A DNA stretch of 64,000 nucleotides. It comes from a virus. The stretch is from the IMG/VR virus record IMGVR_UViG_3300028666_000002. One strand, given 5' to 3'. A program made the position numbers and the translations under genes. Shown piece after piece: positions 9,502-19,576 of the stretch. The notes under the pieces were generated by a model. It ran no database searches, had not been told where the DNA came from, and saw only the letters and a program-made list of their open reading frames with translations. Position 1 is the stretch's first letter. Every line of letters starts with the position of its first letter.

Positions 9502-11524
9502 TTCTTATGACTAAAATCTTATCAGAAATTGATTCTTTTACAATAGGATTATGGTCAACTACTAAAATCTTTTTATTGGAATGCGTATTCTTCAATATCT
9601 CTAATGCCATCTCTGAACACGTACTGTCCAAACCGTTGAATGGTTCGTCCAAGATGGAGACATTGATTCCTTTATTAGTTTCTCTTTCTATTAAGGTCAT
9701 GACAGACAAATCTATAGCCAAATCAACAGAAGAGCGTTCTCCACCAGATAAACTGCGAATATCTATGTTTTCTTCCCCATCCATATGTAACACAGCATTA
9801 ACTTCTTCTTTTAGCTTGCCTTCCTTTGTTTCTCTAATGCTAGTAAGTTGAATGGTAGAGTTAGCCATGTTGGGGACATTTCTAACTAATTTTGTAGCAT
9901 TTTCGCTTATATCTTCCAATGTTTGTTCGAAAGAACAAGAAAGATAACTCTTTATAGCCCTCTTCAATTCTTCACTTTTTAACAATTGTCCATCTTGTAC
10001 TGCTAATTCTTGAGTTATCTTAGATATTTCTTCACTATAAGACTTCTTTTGTTGTTCGAGACTAGTTGAGGTTTTTTCATATCTAGTACGAGAATCCTCA
10101 TACATCTTCATTTTAGTTACTGCAGATTCAAATAGTTTAGCATCCAACTGAGCTTGACCGCTGACTTGTTGAAGTTCTACTGCATGAGATGCCTTTAATT
10201 GTTTGTATTTGTTGTCAAATTCATCTTGCTCTTTCTTCTGCATTTCGAAATGGGCACTTCTAATCTTGGTTTCATCTGTCTTGTCCGATTCGATAGATGT
10301 TTTCAAATCTTGTATTTTTTTGGTTAATTCGGTATATCCATTTGGTATTTTAAGCTCTGTCTGCAATGATAATTCTGTTATTTCGGCTGTTAAACGTTCA
10401 GATTGTCCAATCCAATCAATTTTTGGATCTATAATTTCTTTATATTTCTTAATGGTTTCTAATAGTTCTGTTTCTTTTTTCTTGGCAGAATCAGTTAACC
10501 ATTGTTGTTCACAGGTGAAACAGACATTCTCTCTAAGTTTTCTAATCTCTGTAGCAGTCTTTACGGCTTCTTTTGTGGCCTCTTCCGCTTTTAGGATTTT
10601 ATTTTTAAGATCTGTTTTTTTAGCTTCTGTCTCTAAAATCCTCTTTTGTACTTCATGAACTCTGACGGTTTCATCTATAAGTAATTGATTTGCTTGTTTT
10701 TCTATCAATTTCAATTCATTTTCTAGGGCATTTCTTGAAGAATTGTCGAAAGTATATTGGGTTGAAACGGGCTTGGTCAACTCTAGATTTGCTATCTCTA
10801 ACTTATGTTTGGTCACCAATTCGCTTAAAATGGCATTAGAGGCGTCCGATTTAGTTTTGAGAGTAAGTATCATTTCTTTAGAAATCTCTTTAACAGGAGT
10901 CTCTCCAAGTGATTCTATGGCACTTTGGGTGGCTAATAGGGCAGATTTCTTATTTTCCAAAGAAATGTTAAAAGATGATACTGTTTTAGTCAAATCAGCA
11001 ATTTTTTCATCCAAATCAGTAATGTGTTTTTTAAACCGACTATATCCTAAACAATCGGTAAGAAAATCATTAGTTTCCTTTGGCGTCAAAGAAAGAAAGA
11101 AGCCCTTTTCTCCTTGCTTCTTATGAAGCATCGGTCTAAATAAGTTTCTAGGAATGGAAAGAATTTGATCTAATTTCTCTTCACTTAGTTTAGAACTTCC
11201 AGTAGTTACCTCACCATTTAATTCTATTTTGAGTTTTTTACTTCTAGTTATGATTAAAGGAAGACCGTCGAAATCGAAAGTGCCCTCAACAAACATGGAC
11301 TCATCAGTTAGTCTAGATTGAAGAACTGAATTGGGGGTTGTATTAAGGCCAAAAAGAAAATCCAAAGCATTGAAGATGGTAGACTTACCAGATCCACTAG
11401 AACCACCCGTATTACCATTCTCGCCATCTACTTGAACTAAATTGCCTAACTTTTCGACATCAATAACTTGCTCATCAACAAAACGACCGATAGCTCGTAA
11501 TCGTAATTTTTTAAGAATAAGCAC
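9464..11524 (-). CDS. SbcC/Rad50 (T4 gp46-like) recombination ATPase
   Basis: Walker A GSGKST, long coiled coil with CFTC zinc hook, ABC signature LSGGE, Walker B ILDEP, H-loop VVDH. Confidence 0.93.
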   Translation of the reverse strand: MLILKKLRLRAIGRFVDEQVIDVEKLGNLVQVDGENGNTGGSSGSGKSTIFNALDFLFGLNTTPNSVLQSRLTDESMFVEGTFDFDGLPLIITRSKKLKIELNGEVTTGSSKLSEEKLDQILSIPRNLFRPMLHKKQGEKGFFLSLTPKETNDFLTDCLGYSRFKKHITDLDEKIADLTKTVSSFNISLENKKSALLATQSAIESLGETPVKEISKEMILTLKTKSDASNAILSELVTKHKLEIANLELTKPVSTQYTFDNSSRNALENELKLIEKQANQLLIDETVRVHEVQKRILETEAKKTDLKNKILKAEEATKEAVKTATEIRKLRENVCFTCEQQWLTDSAKKKETELLETIKKYKEIIDPKIDWIGQSERLTAEITELSLQTELKIPNGYTELTKKIQDLKTSIESDKTDETKIRSAHFEMQKKEQDEFDNKYKQLKASHAVELQQVSGQAQLDAKLFESAVTKMKMYEDSRTRYEKTSTSLEQQKKSYSEEISKITQELAVQDGQLLKSEELKRAIKSYLSCSFEQTLEDISENATKLVRNVPNMANSTIQLTSIRETKEGKLKEEVNAVLHMDGEENIDIRSLSGGERSSVDLAIDLSVMTLIERETNKGINVSILDEPFNGLDSTCSEMALEILKNTHSNKKILVVDHNPIVKESISDKILVIRNGETSNVRSETD

Positions 11525-11772
11525 TATTTATCCTTGAAATCTTTGGTGGATCTGTTGCGGATATCCTCAACAACTTCTAAATTCACTTCCACCTTCCTGG
11601 CCTGAAGGCCATTGTCCACTATCACGATACTACTATTGGCAGGAGCTTTCAAGGTTTTTTTAGCATTCTTACCACACTTTTCGCAAATAAAAAAGGCAGG
11701 TGCGTCTGGCACCCGCCTAAAGTATTTACTCATTGAATGGCTGCATTCGCAACTATAATGAATAAGTGGCAT
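11524..11772 (-). CDS. FmdB-like zinc-ribbon protein
   Basis: MPLIHYSCECSH...CEKCG pattern. Confidence 0.65.
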   Translation of the reverse strand: MPLIHYSCECSHSMSKYFRRVPDAPAFFICEKCGKNAKKTLKAPANSSIVIVDNGLQARKVEVNLEVVEDIRNRSTKDFKDK

Positions 11773-11774
11773 AT

Positions 11775-12656
11775 TTAATACGTGGGCACGACAGTTCTTT
11801 GCCTGCTCATGTATTGCTCCACAAATTTGTTCTTGATTTCAATTTCCCTTTCCATAGAAGCTTCTACACTCTTACTTTCCTTTTTGTTTACTGTGGAGTT
11901 TTCTGGCGACACAATACGAATATTCATCGGACTAGTATTGATGGGACAATTGTCCAAATCATAATCGATTCTGATACCCAAAAACTCTGTGGTGTGAGTG
12001 GTAAAACCATCTAGAGATGAATCACACTTAACTGCCACAATTCTATCTGCATATCCGCCATCTACAGCTTGACCGCCAGTGAGCCAAAGCTCGTTAGCGT
12101 ATGCTTTTTGATAGCTTTCCAAGGTCTGCTTGCCCTTAGAACGTTTAACTGTCTGTAGGTCCATTTCTGTCAGTCTACGAGTCCAAAAATTAAGTCTATT
12201 CTCAACTTGACTGGGACTTTGACCGCCAAAGCTTCCCTCGAATCCACCGGATGCCCTATGGCTCATCAAAACTCCATTTTGCAAGACTAACCTTTCACCC
12301 AATCCCTGCACTACCTGAAATCCCATGCTGGCAGCAAAAAGCGTGACCGTATTAATGTGCCTGTTTAGGCCCCTAAACGCTTCCATTAGCTCAATTCCAG
12401 ATTGAATCTCTCCACCGGGAGTGTTCATAAAAAGATAGATAGGCTTTGAAGATCCGAAATATGTTCCCTTATCTAACTTCTTAGCCTTAGAAATTGCCTC
12501 TCCAACACTGTTACCGTCAATTACACCACCCAAAACCAAAGTATTATTCTTAGAAAGAGTAATAACCCCATCCTTATCGGTTCCAGAGGCATTGCCATAA
12601 GAAAGCAACGCTAAAAACAAGAAAATTGCTACCCATGTGAATTTATTAAATTTCAT
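11775..12656 (-). CDS. ClpP/S14-family serine protease with N-terminal signal peptide or membrane anchor
   Basis: IYLFMNTPGG, catalytic Ser in AASMG, His in LMSHRA, ELWLT..QAVDGGYAD; N-terminus MKFNKFTWVAIFLFLALLSYGNA. Confidence 0.82.
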   Translation of the reverse strand: MKFNKFTWVAIFLFLALLSYGNASGTDKDGVITLSKNNTLVLGGVIDGNSVGEAISKAKKLDKGTYFGSSKPIYLFMNTPGGEIQSGIELMEAFRGLNRHINTVTLFAASMGFQVVQGLGERLVLQNGVLMSHRASGGFEGSFGGQSPSQVENRLNFWTRRLTEMDLQTVKRSKGKQTLESYQKAYANELWLTGGQAVDGGYADRIVAVKCDSSLDGFTTHTTEFLGIRIDYDLDNCPINTSPMNIRIVSPENSTVNKKESKSVEASMEREIEIKNKFVEQYMSRQRTVVPTY

Positions 12657-13348
12657 TTTTGCTCCTTTTGATTATTATCTATATCATATTTAGATTTTTC
12701 TAATTCTTTATCTTTCTCTGCCTGTCTATTGGCGTCAGCGTGCTGTTTTAGAAGTTCTCCAATTGTGGCGCTTTTGGGGGTTATGGTAATTTTGTTATCG
12801 CCATCTCTTTCCATGGTTACGCCATCTCCAATATTTAGGCCAATGGGCGATTTGCCTGAAGAGGATTTACCTGTACTGTCTAAATCATTAACTAATTCAA
12901 TAGCTTTCATCAATTGTCCCACTTCTTTCAAATCCAAAGAATCCATCACGGTTTCGTCATTGGTGGAAAGGTATCTGTTCAGTTTCCTCCCCAAACGCTT
13001 TTGATAGGCCTGTACCAAAAGTAGCATCCATTCCTGACTTTTGAGTTTAGAATCTACAACTCTGTTCTTTATTTTTTCCAAACTTTCGTTTATGTATTCT
13101 TCTTTAACGGCATACCAATTGTTAGTGTGGGCAAGATACAAAACTATCACTTGCTTTATCTCTAAAATAGCAGCTATTTGAGTATAAGTACTACCGCCCA
13201 AATACAAATCAAGCATTTGGAAAATATTAGAACTAGTTATCGCTCCTATGCCTGGAAGTCCATCCTCGATATATTGGGTTATCTTAGCCATCTCTTTTTC
13301 TGAGATGTCAGTCGTTTCTTTTAATACTACAGTAGGTAAATTACTCAT
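12653..13348 (-). CDS. HTH-containing protein (possible terminase small subunit)
   Basis: LYLGGSTYTQIAAILEIKQVIVLYLAHTNNW is HTH-like and is followed by helical segments; the TerS assignment is weak. Confidence 0.35.
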   Translation of the reverse strand: MSNLPTVVLKETTDISEKEMAKITQYIEDGLPGIGAITSSNIFQMLDLYLGGSTYTQIAAILEIKQVIVLYLAHTNNWYAVKEEYINESLEKIKNRVVDSKLKSQEWMLLLVQAYQKRLGRKLNRYLSTNDETVMDSLDLKEVGQLMKAIELVNDLDSTGKSSSGKSPIGLNIGDGVTMERDGDNKITITPKSATIGELLKQHADANRQAEKDKELEKSKYDIDNNQKEQK

Positions 13349-13701
13349 TCTTTACTCTCATACACTGGTTTGGTATTAAAATATACCTTTAAGGTTACAT
13401 CCTTCCAAAATAGGCTTCTTATGGCCGTTTCCAGTGCCAAAAATCTTTTATCTACAAATGACTGATTTGATTCTTCATTTAGCGTTAAGTAATAAGCAAT
13501 AAAAGACCTATGATTGATTTGTTTGCTTTTCTCATCTATAGCATGTCCTAGATCATAATCTATTCTGACTACCTGGACATCATTGAAGAAAACAAATGGA
13601 TAATTTTTGAGATTCTTCTCTTGAACTTCACTAATGCGGTTAGCTAAAATAGCCAACTGTGCCATTTCCTGCAACTTCTGTTTTAGTGTACTATCAGACA
13701 A
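13345..13701 (-). CDS. hypothetical protein
   Basis: Overlapping start/stop in operon. Confidence 0.6.
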   Translation of the reverse strand: MSDSTLKQKLQEMAQLAILANRISEVQEKNLKNYPFVFFNDVQVVRIDYDLGHAIDEKSKQINHRSFIAYYLTLNEESNQSFVDKRFLALETAIRSLFWKDVTLKVYFNTKPVYESKE

Positions 13702-14698
13702 TGCCCATCTCCTTTGCTGACTTAAGCAATTCTTGCCTATCCATATCGGTTACATAAAGATTAAGCAAAAAATCATCAAAACCCTTTCCGGCCTTTCTTT
13801 CAATTGTTTTCTTGGTATCGGTATATCGAGATCTCAATTGTGCTTTTCCCTTAAATTTGTGTTTTTCCTTATCAATCCACATTGATGTGCCGATCATTTC
13901 TAATGTAACCCTGGCATTGGCCGGAATAGTCGGTTCTATTTCCCCTTCCTTGTAGGTCATACTGTAGATAGGCTTACAAACAGAAGAGGTATCGATAAAC
14001 TCTTCTTTTATAATAAGCCCCGTATTGTCATCGTGCTCAACAAGCCACAAGCCCTTTTCTTCATTCGCATCAGAATTAGTTAACCATCTGGCTGTTCCTG
14101 GCAATATAACATTGCCAAATCTCTGCCTTTTGTGGATGTGTCCACCTATGATTAAAGGATAGTCCAATTTTGTTGGATCTACACCATTCGGTGCGTACAT
14201 CCCGCTTTCATATTGACTGCCATCTATATCTTGATGGATTACCAAAATCTTAGCTCCATAATTTTTCAATCCATTAGCGACTTCAAGAAATTTTTCCTGA
14301 TCATGCATATATGGAACGAATCCAAAAATACCATGAACTTGAGCGCTATCAATTATGGAAAGATTCTTTTTCTTCATTAGCTGAAGTGTACTAAGCGCGT
14401 GGCTCTTATAGGCATCATTTCCAGAATTGGCCAAATCATGATTGCCGACCATGACTATTAATTTCTGTGCTTCACTAAAAGTGTCTAGCCATTGTTTCCA
14501 GAATTCTAAGACTTCTGTTCTAACCACGGCAAAATTGTGAAATAGGTCGCCAAGAATAACGATCATATCTGGAGAATTCTTTATGGCAACATCCACCATA
14601 AAGCTCATTAGATTGTCAGACTCCTCTTCGTTAGAAACCTGAACATGCGGATCTCCTAGATATAAAACTTTCAAACAATTACTCCTTTGGCGAAACAA
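13694..14698 (-). CDS. SbcD/Mre11 (T4 gp47-like) nuclease
   Basis: GDPH, GDLFH, GNHD, H, GHIH phosphoesterase motifs; the Rad50 partner is downstream. Confidence 0.88.
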   Translation of the reverse strand: MFRQRSNCLKVLYLGDPHVQVSNEEESDNLMSFMVDVAIKNSPDMIVILGDLFHNFAVVRTEVLEFWKQWLDTFSEAQKLIVMVGNHDLANSGNDAYKSHALSTLQLMKKKNLSIIDSAQVHGIFGFVPYMHDQEKFLEVANGLKNYGAKILVIHQDIDGSQYESGMYAPNGVDPTKLDYPLIIGGHIHKRQRFGNVILPGTARWLTNSDANEEKGLWLVEHDDNTGLIIKEEFIDTSSVCKPIYSMTYKEGEIEPTIPANARVTLEMIGTSMWIDKEKHKFKGKAQLRSRYTDTKKTIERKAGKGFDDFLLNLYVTDMDRQELLKSAKEMGIV

Positions 14699-14999
14699 TA
14701 AACTCTACATGGACCAAATCAACGATAAGAAACGGCCCCTCTATGGCGTCGCACTCCAATGTTTTTTGTGCCCACGCTTGAGTATGTAGGATTTCCTCCT
14801 TAATATACACTATAGAGCCCTTCTGTACAAGGGTGTTATCGGATAGCATTGCCTCAATCAAAACTTTAAGGCCCTTAAGGGCAAGTTTCTGGGAGATACT
14901 GGCAAAGCCATTCCGTTCTACCGCCTTAAGACTTTCCTTCTTATATGTCTCAACAATCAATCTATTGTTAACTGATCTTTTCTTGCCGCCTATCATCAT
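14679..14999 (-). CDS. probable divergent co-chaperonin (GroES/Cpn10-like)
   Basis: 106 aa; RSVNNRLIVE ~ GroES RPLHDRVIVK, VQKGSIVY ~ VKVGDIVI, FLIVDLVHVEFIV ~ VLIMSESDILAIV; GroEL lies 2.6 kb away. Confidence 0.55.
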   Translation of the reverse strand: MMIGGKKRSVNNRLIVETYKKESLKAVERNGFASISQKLALKGLKVLIEAMLSDNTLVQKGSIVYIKEEILHTQAWAQKTLECDAIEGPFLIVDLVHVEFIVSPKE

Positions 15000-16033
15000 A
15001 TTTTTACTCCTTTTAACTTCAAAATCTTTCTATTGATAAGTGGTAATTCTCTAGCTAAATCCAGCATTTGATTAGTGACTTCTTCTTGTATATATTCTTC
15101 CTCAATATCTTGATGGGGGTCCATGGTGAAACTGTATACGTTGAATCCTTCATCAGTATTGCTGTCTGTACTTACAGTACTAGCGGCATTCATCAATGAG
15201 TTCAACTCGCTAACATTAATTTTGGTCTTAGGAATACTTTTACCATCTAAGGCATCTTCCTTAAACCCTTCCTTAACAGCTTCCGTCAATACCCTTACGT
15301 CATCTATACCCTTTCTACTTCTGAGAGTGTGAGCCTTATACAAAACTCTTTTGTCAGATGGATAAAAATGCAATACAGTTTCAGAGTAAGAGTCAATCAA
15401 ATTCCCTACCATGCGACCTATGCAAACGCTGCGAAAAACGGGAGAATATGGGCCGCACCATTTGTCTACACCAGAAGCAAGTCCCATGGCGCAAATGCCG
15501 ATCATATCGATAAGCGTCAGGTGTCCCTTGGGCGTTTTTCTGTAGAATAGCTTAGCCCTGTTTACCGCAAGAGGCATATTATTTTGAATCAATACGGTTC
15601 TAGCCTTGTCTACGCGATGATACAGCAATTCTGCCCTTTTGGGAAACGGTCCAAGCCAAGAATCCTTGATGAATTTGATTAGTTGAAAATTAATATTAAA
15701 AGTTTTAAGGGTTTCAATATCTTCTGCTTTAATGGCAGGGGTGATTTTTTTACTAAATGAAATAGCCGTTTCTCTAAAATAAGGTCTAGCACTCAAAATG
15801 TTCTTGTTTTGTACACAGATCTTTTGTAGAAATTTCTTATAAACTTCAGTAGCTTGTCGATATTTTAGGATAGTATCCTTAAATTTACTTTCCGCTTCTA
15901 ACAATTCTTCTACTTGATCTTGCTGCGTGCTGCCGTCATTGTTGTTCTCTATAGCTCGCGTTATCTCACCAGCCAGTACGTAAAATGAATTGTCGAACCC
16001 ATCTTGATATTTATGCTTGCTCATAAACATCAT
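14996..16033 (-). CDS. sigma70-family RNA polymerase sigma factor lacking region 4.2 (probable late sigma)
   Basis: LIQNNMPLAVNRAK...LTLIDMIGICAMGLASGVDKW matches regions 2.1-2.3; the protein ends at LPLINRKILKLKGVKI (region 4.1). Confidence 0.8.
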   Translation of the reverse strand: MMFMSKHKYQDGFDNSFYVLAGEITRAIENNNDGSTQQDQVEELLEAESKFKDTILKYRQATEVYKKFLQKICVQNKNILSARPYFRETAISFSKKITPAIKAEDIETLKTFNINFQLIKFIKDSWLGPFPKRAELLYHRVDKARTVLIQNNMPLAVNRAKLFYRKTPKGHLTLIDMIGICAMGLASGVDKWCGPYSPVFRSVCIGRMVGNLIDSYSETVLHFYPSDKRVLYKAHTLRSRKGIDDVRVLTEAVKEGFKEDALDGKSIPKTKINVSELNSLMNAASTVSTDSNTDEGFNVYSFTMDPHQDIEEEYIQEEVTNQMLDLARELPLINRKILKLKGVKI

Positions 16034-16046
16034 ATATCACAGGATA

Positions 16047-17543
16047 TTATTTGGTGAGTTTTATATGTTTGATTTCCGATCCAGATCTATTATAGTAAGC
16101 GATTCTATTTTCTAGGTGACGGACCATAATATCCACGTCATAAACATTAAAATCGAAGATAACGCACTTTTCTTTTGGTATACATTTATCTTTCCAAGGA
16201 TTATGTTTATAGAGCCTAACTGATCGTCCCACAGTTCCCTGCAAAGTTTTAATTTCCGAGGACCCTCCGACCCAATTAAAAGTGAAGTGATTAGCAAAAA
16301 TATTCGTACCGGTGGCTATACAAGAGGTTCCTATTAGATTCAGAGCCTGAGCCTTATTAAATTTTTCAACGCTCTCAGCCGGATCTACTTTAGACAGACC
16401 AAGTTCTGAGAGTCTTTCCGCTTTCTTTTCACTGTGGGCTATTACCGTTGGTGCTCTAAGCAGTGGCAATAACATAGCAATTTGTTCTAATTCTTCAACC
16501 AAAATAAGGGTTTGCAACCCACGATCAGATTGAGCATTTGCAAATTTGGCTATAAAGGCACAGATATTACGATTTTTAAGAAAGTGCTTCCTCTTCATAT
16601 CCAGAGCATCTTGCGTGTAATAGTTGGGATTTGAAGATTCCACATTTACGATGCGATATTCGTGTGGACATATGTAACCACCCTCTACGGCTTGTTGGGT
16701 AGTTAAAGTGTGTACAGTTTGGCCTATAATCGCCTGTAATAGCTTTTCTGCACCATCCCCTCTGGTTTGGGTGCCTGAGAAGAAGAAACGATAGGGAATG
16801 GCTGCCAAGACTCCAAAGCACATCTCTTCCAAAGTCTCCGCGCCAAACGTATGGCTTTCATCTGCTAAAAGCATATCTAGGTTAGAAAAAAATTTCCATT
16901 CCTCAGTATCACGAACTATGTTGACTAAAGAATCTCCGATACAAATTGTAAACTTCTTATCCAACTTTTTCTTTCCAGCCCCAAATGTGCCGACCATTCC
17001 CTTGCCAAAATGATATTCAAACTTTTCTAATAGTTCGTTGAATATACTTTTAGAAGGAGCCACAATAGCAGTACGAAATCCTGTTTCTCTACATAATTTC
17101 AATAAGATAGCAGATTTACCAGATCCAGTGCAAAGCTCTACGTTGCCATGTTTTACCTCTAATAGTTTCCCCCAACTTTCTTCTTGGTATGGGTATAATT
17201 CAAAAGGTAAGGGTTTTTTCCATGCAACTTTCTTTGGTGTGGGGTAAACGATTTTATTATCAATTTCTAAATTAAATCCAGTAAGATATGGAATGCTACC
17301 AGGGTAAATATGAGGTTGATTTTCTCCAAAAACCAAAATCCTTTTGGCCTTCCTTTTTAGGGTTTCAATATTGGCCATCCATTTTTCTTTATCTTTATTC
17401 CTGGCCCAATGGTTATTATATAACCTCTTAATATCATGAACTATTGAGGTATTAGTAAACGTAAGTTCCTTGCGTAGTCGTACCAATTCTTCATCAGTGC
17501 TATCGATAAATGCGCAGGTGGGATTTGATATGGTAATTTTCAT
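16047..17543 (-). CDS. superfamily 2 DExH helicase (UvsW-like)
   Basis: LYPYQ Q-motif, TGSGKS, DESH, SGT, QGTVGRSVR. Confidence 0.9.
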   Translation of the reverse strand: MKITISNPTCAFIDSTDEELVRLRKELTFTNTSIVHDIKRLYNNHWARNKDKEKWMANIETLKRKAKRILVFGENQPHIYPGSIPYLTGFNLEIDNKIVYPTPKKVAWKKPLPFELYPYQEESWGKLLEVKHGNVELCTGSGKSAILLKLCRETGFRTAIVAPSKSIFNELLEKFEYHFGKGMVGTFGAGKKKLDKKFTICIGDSLVNIVRDTEEWKFFSNLDMLLADESHTFGAETLEEMCFGVLAAIPYRFFFSGTQTRGDGAEKLLQAIIGQTVHTLTTQQAVEGGYICPHEYRIVNVESSNPNYYTQDALDMKRKHFLKNRNICAFIAKFANAQSDRGLQTLILVEELEQIAMLLPLLRAPTVIAHSEKKAERLSELGLSKVDPAESVEKFNKAQALNLIGTSCIATGTNIFANHFTFNWVGGSSEIKTLQGTVGRSVRLYKHNPWKDKCIPKEKCVIFDFNVYDVDIMVRHLENRIAYYNRSGSEIKHIKLTK

Positions 17544-17602
17544 TTGTCATAAGAGTATATCGTAGCCATATGATATAAGCAAGTATCAGAAAAGAGGTAT
17601 TC

Positions 17603-19375
17603 ATGTCATATCGTAAGGCTAAAACAAGTCCCAAAATGTTTGAGACTGACCAGAAAAAACTTCAATCAATAGTTCTTAAAACAATGAAAAGGGTTAGCGA
17701 CGCTGTTGGAAGTAGTTTAGGACCTTGCGGAAAGTTGACAACGATTGAAAGCGATTATCCTGGAATTAGCAATACGATTACTAAAGATGGTGTAACTATA
17801 TTCAAATCTCTAGGAGATCAAAATGCTTATGCACACCTAATCATTGAAACAGCTAGAGATGTGGCCACCAGAACGGCTTCAGAAGTTGGAGATGGTACTA
17901 CTACGGCTACTATTTTGTCGTATAGTATTATTGAAAATCTTTTCGATTTTTGCGAAAAAAATCCTAAATATAGTCCGCAGAAAGCTACCCGCAGGATTAG
18001 AAAAGTGGTTAACGATATTTTGTTGCCATTTATTGAATCTAAAACCATCAAAATTACGGAAGAAAATAAACAACTACTCAAGATGGTAGCGCAAATCAGC
18101 GCTAATGGCGATTCTGAAATGGCAGATGCAGTAATCAAAGCCTTTGAAGAGATTGGTTTCGGAGAAAGTTCCCACATTACAATTCGACAACTTAGTGGAA
18201 AACCAAATTATGTCGTAGAGAGGATTGATGGATTTCCAATTCCCATAGGGTTTGAGGAATCTATTGGAAAACTACACACAGCTTTTATTAACGATCAAGC
18301 AAACCAACGCGCTTTCCTGGAGAAGCCCCTATTTCTTCTTTATGATGGTCACATTAATGATCTCCTTATGTTTATGCCTTTGCTAGACGGTCTTGGTAAG
18401 AAATATGTAGAGGAAGGGAACTCAGATTACAAGAATCTGGTCATCGTCTGTCATGGATTTAGCGAAAATGTTTTGACACAGCTTGCGTTTAACTTTTCCA
18501 ATCCAAATACCTTGAATGTCTTGCCGTTAATTACACCGATGGCACAATTTTTGAATAGCCAAACACATTTTCTGCACGATCTTGCAGCCTTTACTGGCGC
18601 CAAAGTTTTTGGATTGAGAGAACAGATTGGAAATGCAACTTTGGAAGATTTGGGTAGAGGAATGGAAAGTTTTGAGGCTTATCGCTTTCGAAGCACTGTT
18701 ATTGGCGATCCAGATCCCATGAATGTGGAGGTCAGGGCAGAAGAACTTAAAACAATGATGAAAAATGCCGAAAGTGCGGCAGAAAAAATCATGCTAGAAG
18801 AGCGCTTGGGAAAAATTACCAATGGCATCGCCAAACTTACTATTTTTGGTGGTTCTAACGGAGAGCTAAAAGAGGCTCACGACCGCTGTGAAGATGCTGT
18901 TTGTGCTGTCCGCTCAGCTATTATTCATGGTGCCGTTCCTGGTGGTTGCAGGCTTGCTATTGATATGGTTATGAAACTTTCTTCAGAATTTCCTGAAGGC
19001 GATCCGGCTAGTGAAGTTTTGATAAAAGCTTTACTTGCGCTTCCCCATAAGTTACTTGACAATGCTGGTTACCATAAAGAAGAAATCAATGATATTATGG
19101 CCAGACTTATAGAAGATAGCGAATCCGTATATGATGTTGAAAACCAAGTATTTGGAAAGGCTGAAGAGTTGGGCCTTCTAGATGCAGCAAAGGCAGTATC
19201 AGAATCATTGAGTAATGCAGTTAGTATAGCCAGTGTGCTTGGTACTATGGGCGGAATTGTAGCCTATCCTAGAGATGATGCCTTTGAAAGATCAGAAGCG
19301 CGTGCCGACGCTGAATATGGAAGAGCTGTAGACAACCCGGAACAGTATAAGAACGAAGCCAACGAACGGACGTAA
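17603..19375 (+). CDS. groEL: chaperonin GroEL-like
   Basis: SLGP.G, ITKDGVT, GDGTTTA, ISANGD, EDAV.A..SA, VPGGC; no GGM tail. Confidence 0.93.
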   Translation: MSYRKAKTSPKMFETDQKKLQSIVLKTMKRVSDAVGSSLGPCGKLTTIESDYPGISNTITKDGVTIFKSLGDQNAYAHLIIETARDVATRTASEVGDGTTTATILSYSIIENLFDFCEKNPKYSPQKATRRIRKVVNDILLPFIESKTIKITEENKQLLKMVAQISANGDSEMADAVIKAFEEIGFGESSHITIRQLSGKPNYVVERIDGFPIPIGFEESIGKLHTAFINDQANQRAFLEKPLFLLYDGHINDLLMFMPLLDGLGKKYVEEGNSDYKNLVIVCHGFSENVLTQLAFNFSNPNTLNVLPLITPMAQFLNSQTHFLHDLAAFTGAKVFGLREQIGNATLEDLGRGMESFEAYRFRSTVIGDPDPMNVEVRAEELKTMMKNAESAAEKIMLEERLGKITNGIAKLTIFGGSNGELKEAHDRCEDAVCAVRSAIIHGAVPGGCRLAIDMVMKLSSEFPEGDPASEVLIKALLALPHKLLDNAGYHKEEINDIMARLIEDSESVYDVENQVFGKAEELGLLDAAKAVSESLSNAVSIASVLGTMGGIVAYPRDDAFERSEARADAEYGRAVDNPEQYKNEANERT

Positions 19376-19381
19376 TCTTTA

Positions 19382-19576
19382 ATGAATACGATAAGATGGC
19401 TGAAAAGATTAAAATGTAGACTAGGCTATCATGATTACAAAAGGACACCGTATGTTGTATACGATGATCGTTTCGAACCTTCGTGCATAGAATATGAATC
19501 TATGAAATGCCGAAATTGCACTGACGCGGTACTGTATAATGGATTGTTCAAATCTCACAGAATTAGAAAAAACTGA
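19382..19576 (+). CDS. small Cys/His protein (DUF1660-like)
   Basis: LKCRLGYHDY...CRNC pattern. Confidence 0.45.
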   Translation: MNTIRWLKRLKCRLGYHDYKRTPYVVYDDRFEPSCIEYESMKCRNCTDAVLYNGLFKSHRIRKN

